From an uncultured Solirubrobacteraceae bacterium (lineage in GTDB: Bacteria; Actinomycetota; Thermoleophilia; Solirubrobacterales; Solirubrobacteraceae), in contig CAZPQW010000016.1 of the NCBI GenBank assembly GCA_964588985.1, forward strand, positions 1-64,000: 64,000 bases of DNA. The letters are read 5' to 3'. Positions 63,309-64,000 of this stretch are shown here, piece after piece. A program made the position numbers and the translations under genes. Numbering within the stretch: position 1 is the first letter of the stretch; every line of letters starts with the position of its first letter. The notes under the pieces were generated by a model. It saw only the letters and a list, made by a program, of their open reading frames with translations. It did not search any database and was not told the origin of the DNA.

Positions 63309-63314
63309 TATAAT
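63309..63314 (+). promoter_or_regulatory. -10 box of the HTH-PIN operon inside an inverted repeat
   Basis: GATCA-cgcTATAA-TGATC; AAATCGCG direct repeats upstream. Confidence 0.55.
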
Positions 63315-63362
63315 GATCTCGACCTCGCTCAGTGATCAAAAGCCTTTCGGAAGGAACCAGCA

Positions 63363-63632
63363 ATGTCCGCTGTCGGCTCACAACCAAGGCTGCTCTCCAC
63401 AAAGCAGGCCGCCGAGCTGCTCAACGTCAGCAGACGCACGATCCTCAACTGGATCGAGGCGGAGAAGATTCCCTACCTCAAGCTGCCAGGTGGGGACTAC
63501 CGCGTCCCACTCGCCGGCCTGCTCGCCTCGCTGTCCGGCACCTACCGCCTGGATGAGGAGATCCGGGCGCTGGATCAGCGATTCGCAGGAGTCAGCGACC
63601 AAGACGTACAAGCCGCTCTCGCAGACCTCTAG
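63363..63632 (+). CDS. Excisionase-type HTH (HTH_17) protein, putative antitoxin
   Basis: LLSTKQAAELLNVSRRTILNWIEAEKIP..GGDYRV; GAAGGA SD. Confidence 0.85.
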   Translation: MSAVGSQPRLLSTKQAAELLNVSRRTILNWIEAEKIPYLKLPGGDYRVPLAGLLASLSGTYRLDEEIRALDQRFAGVSDQDVQAALADL

Positions 63633-63664
63633 CCTCGAGATCGGCGTCCGGTAGACCATCGCCA

Positions 63665-64000
63665 GTGCGTCCCGTCGTGCTAGACACCAGCGTGATCCTG
63701 CCGGCGGTCATCTCCCCGAGGGGCTACCGCCGACGCTTCTGGGTGCTGCTGGCGTTCGGCGCACTCGCCGAACGACGCGACCTCGCCCGCCTGCAAGACG
63801 GAGCACCACGAGCTGGCGCACACGAGGCACTGCGCGGGCATGACATCGCCTCGCTGGCAGCACAGGCGGAAGCCAGATATCAGCGCCTCCGTGACGCCCT
63901 GCCGTCCAGCTGCCCCGATCACTGGCGACTCATCGGCTCGCGCCCTCTACTCGCCGAGTACGAGCGCAAGCTGCACGAGATCGGGCCGAGACTCGATCCC
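63665..64000 (+). CDS. PIN domain (VapC-like) protein, partial
   Basis: Not in the ORF track. Manual translation from GTG 63665 gives RPVVLDTSVILPAVISPRG..LIGSRPLLAEYERKL, open to the window end. Confidence 0.75.
   Translation, partial: MRPVVLDTSVILPAVISPRGYRRRFWVLLAFGALAERRDLARLQDGAPRAGAHEALRGHDIASLAAQAEARYQRLRDALPSSCPDHWRLIGSRPLLAEYERKLHEIGPRLDP

Overview
High-GC actinobacterial chromosome segment, probably Thermoleophilia/Solirubrobacterales (inferred from protein character, not from a database search). Bases 1-8.5 kb hold the minus-strand rpmG-secE-nusG-rplK-rplA-rplJ-rplL-rpoB cluster, with two unknown genes inserted before rpoB. Housekeeping genes follow (Ca/H antiporter, clpP, pgsA, an MptA-like GTP cyclohydrolase, a sigma-70 paralog). 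Directly after tRNA-Tyr is a ~5 kb accessory island: a non-canonical class III nucleotidyl cyclase, a DUF2971-like gene, a Pycsar-effector-like membrane protein, a cytosine deaminase and an AAA/DUF4143 ATPase. The rest has efflux modules with visible operators, tRNA-Thr beside an orphan OLD nuclease, c-di-GMP/cAMP enzymes, a sugar cluster and many secreted proteins. It also has a candidate ~215-nt sRNA with its own promoter, a pilin-like gene paired with a SipW-type peptidase/anchor fusion, and an HTH-PIN toxin-antitoxin pair cut by the window end. Best candidates for undescribed systems: the SipW-fusion fibre locus, the cyclase/TM-effector island and the sRNA. All family calls are by-eye motif recognition.
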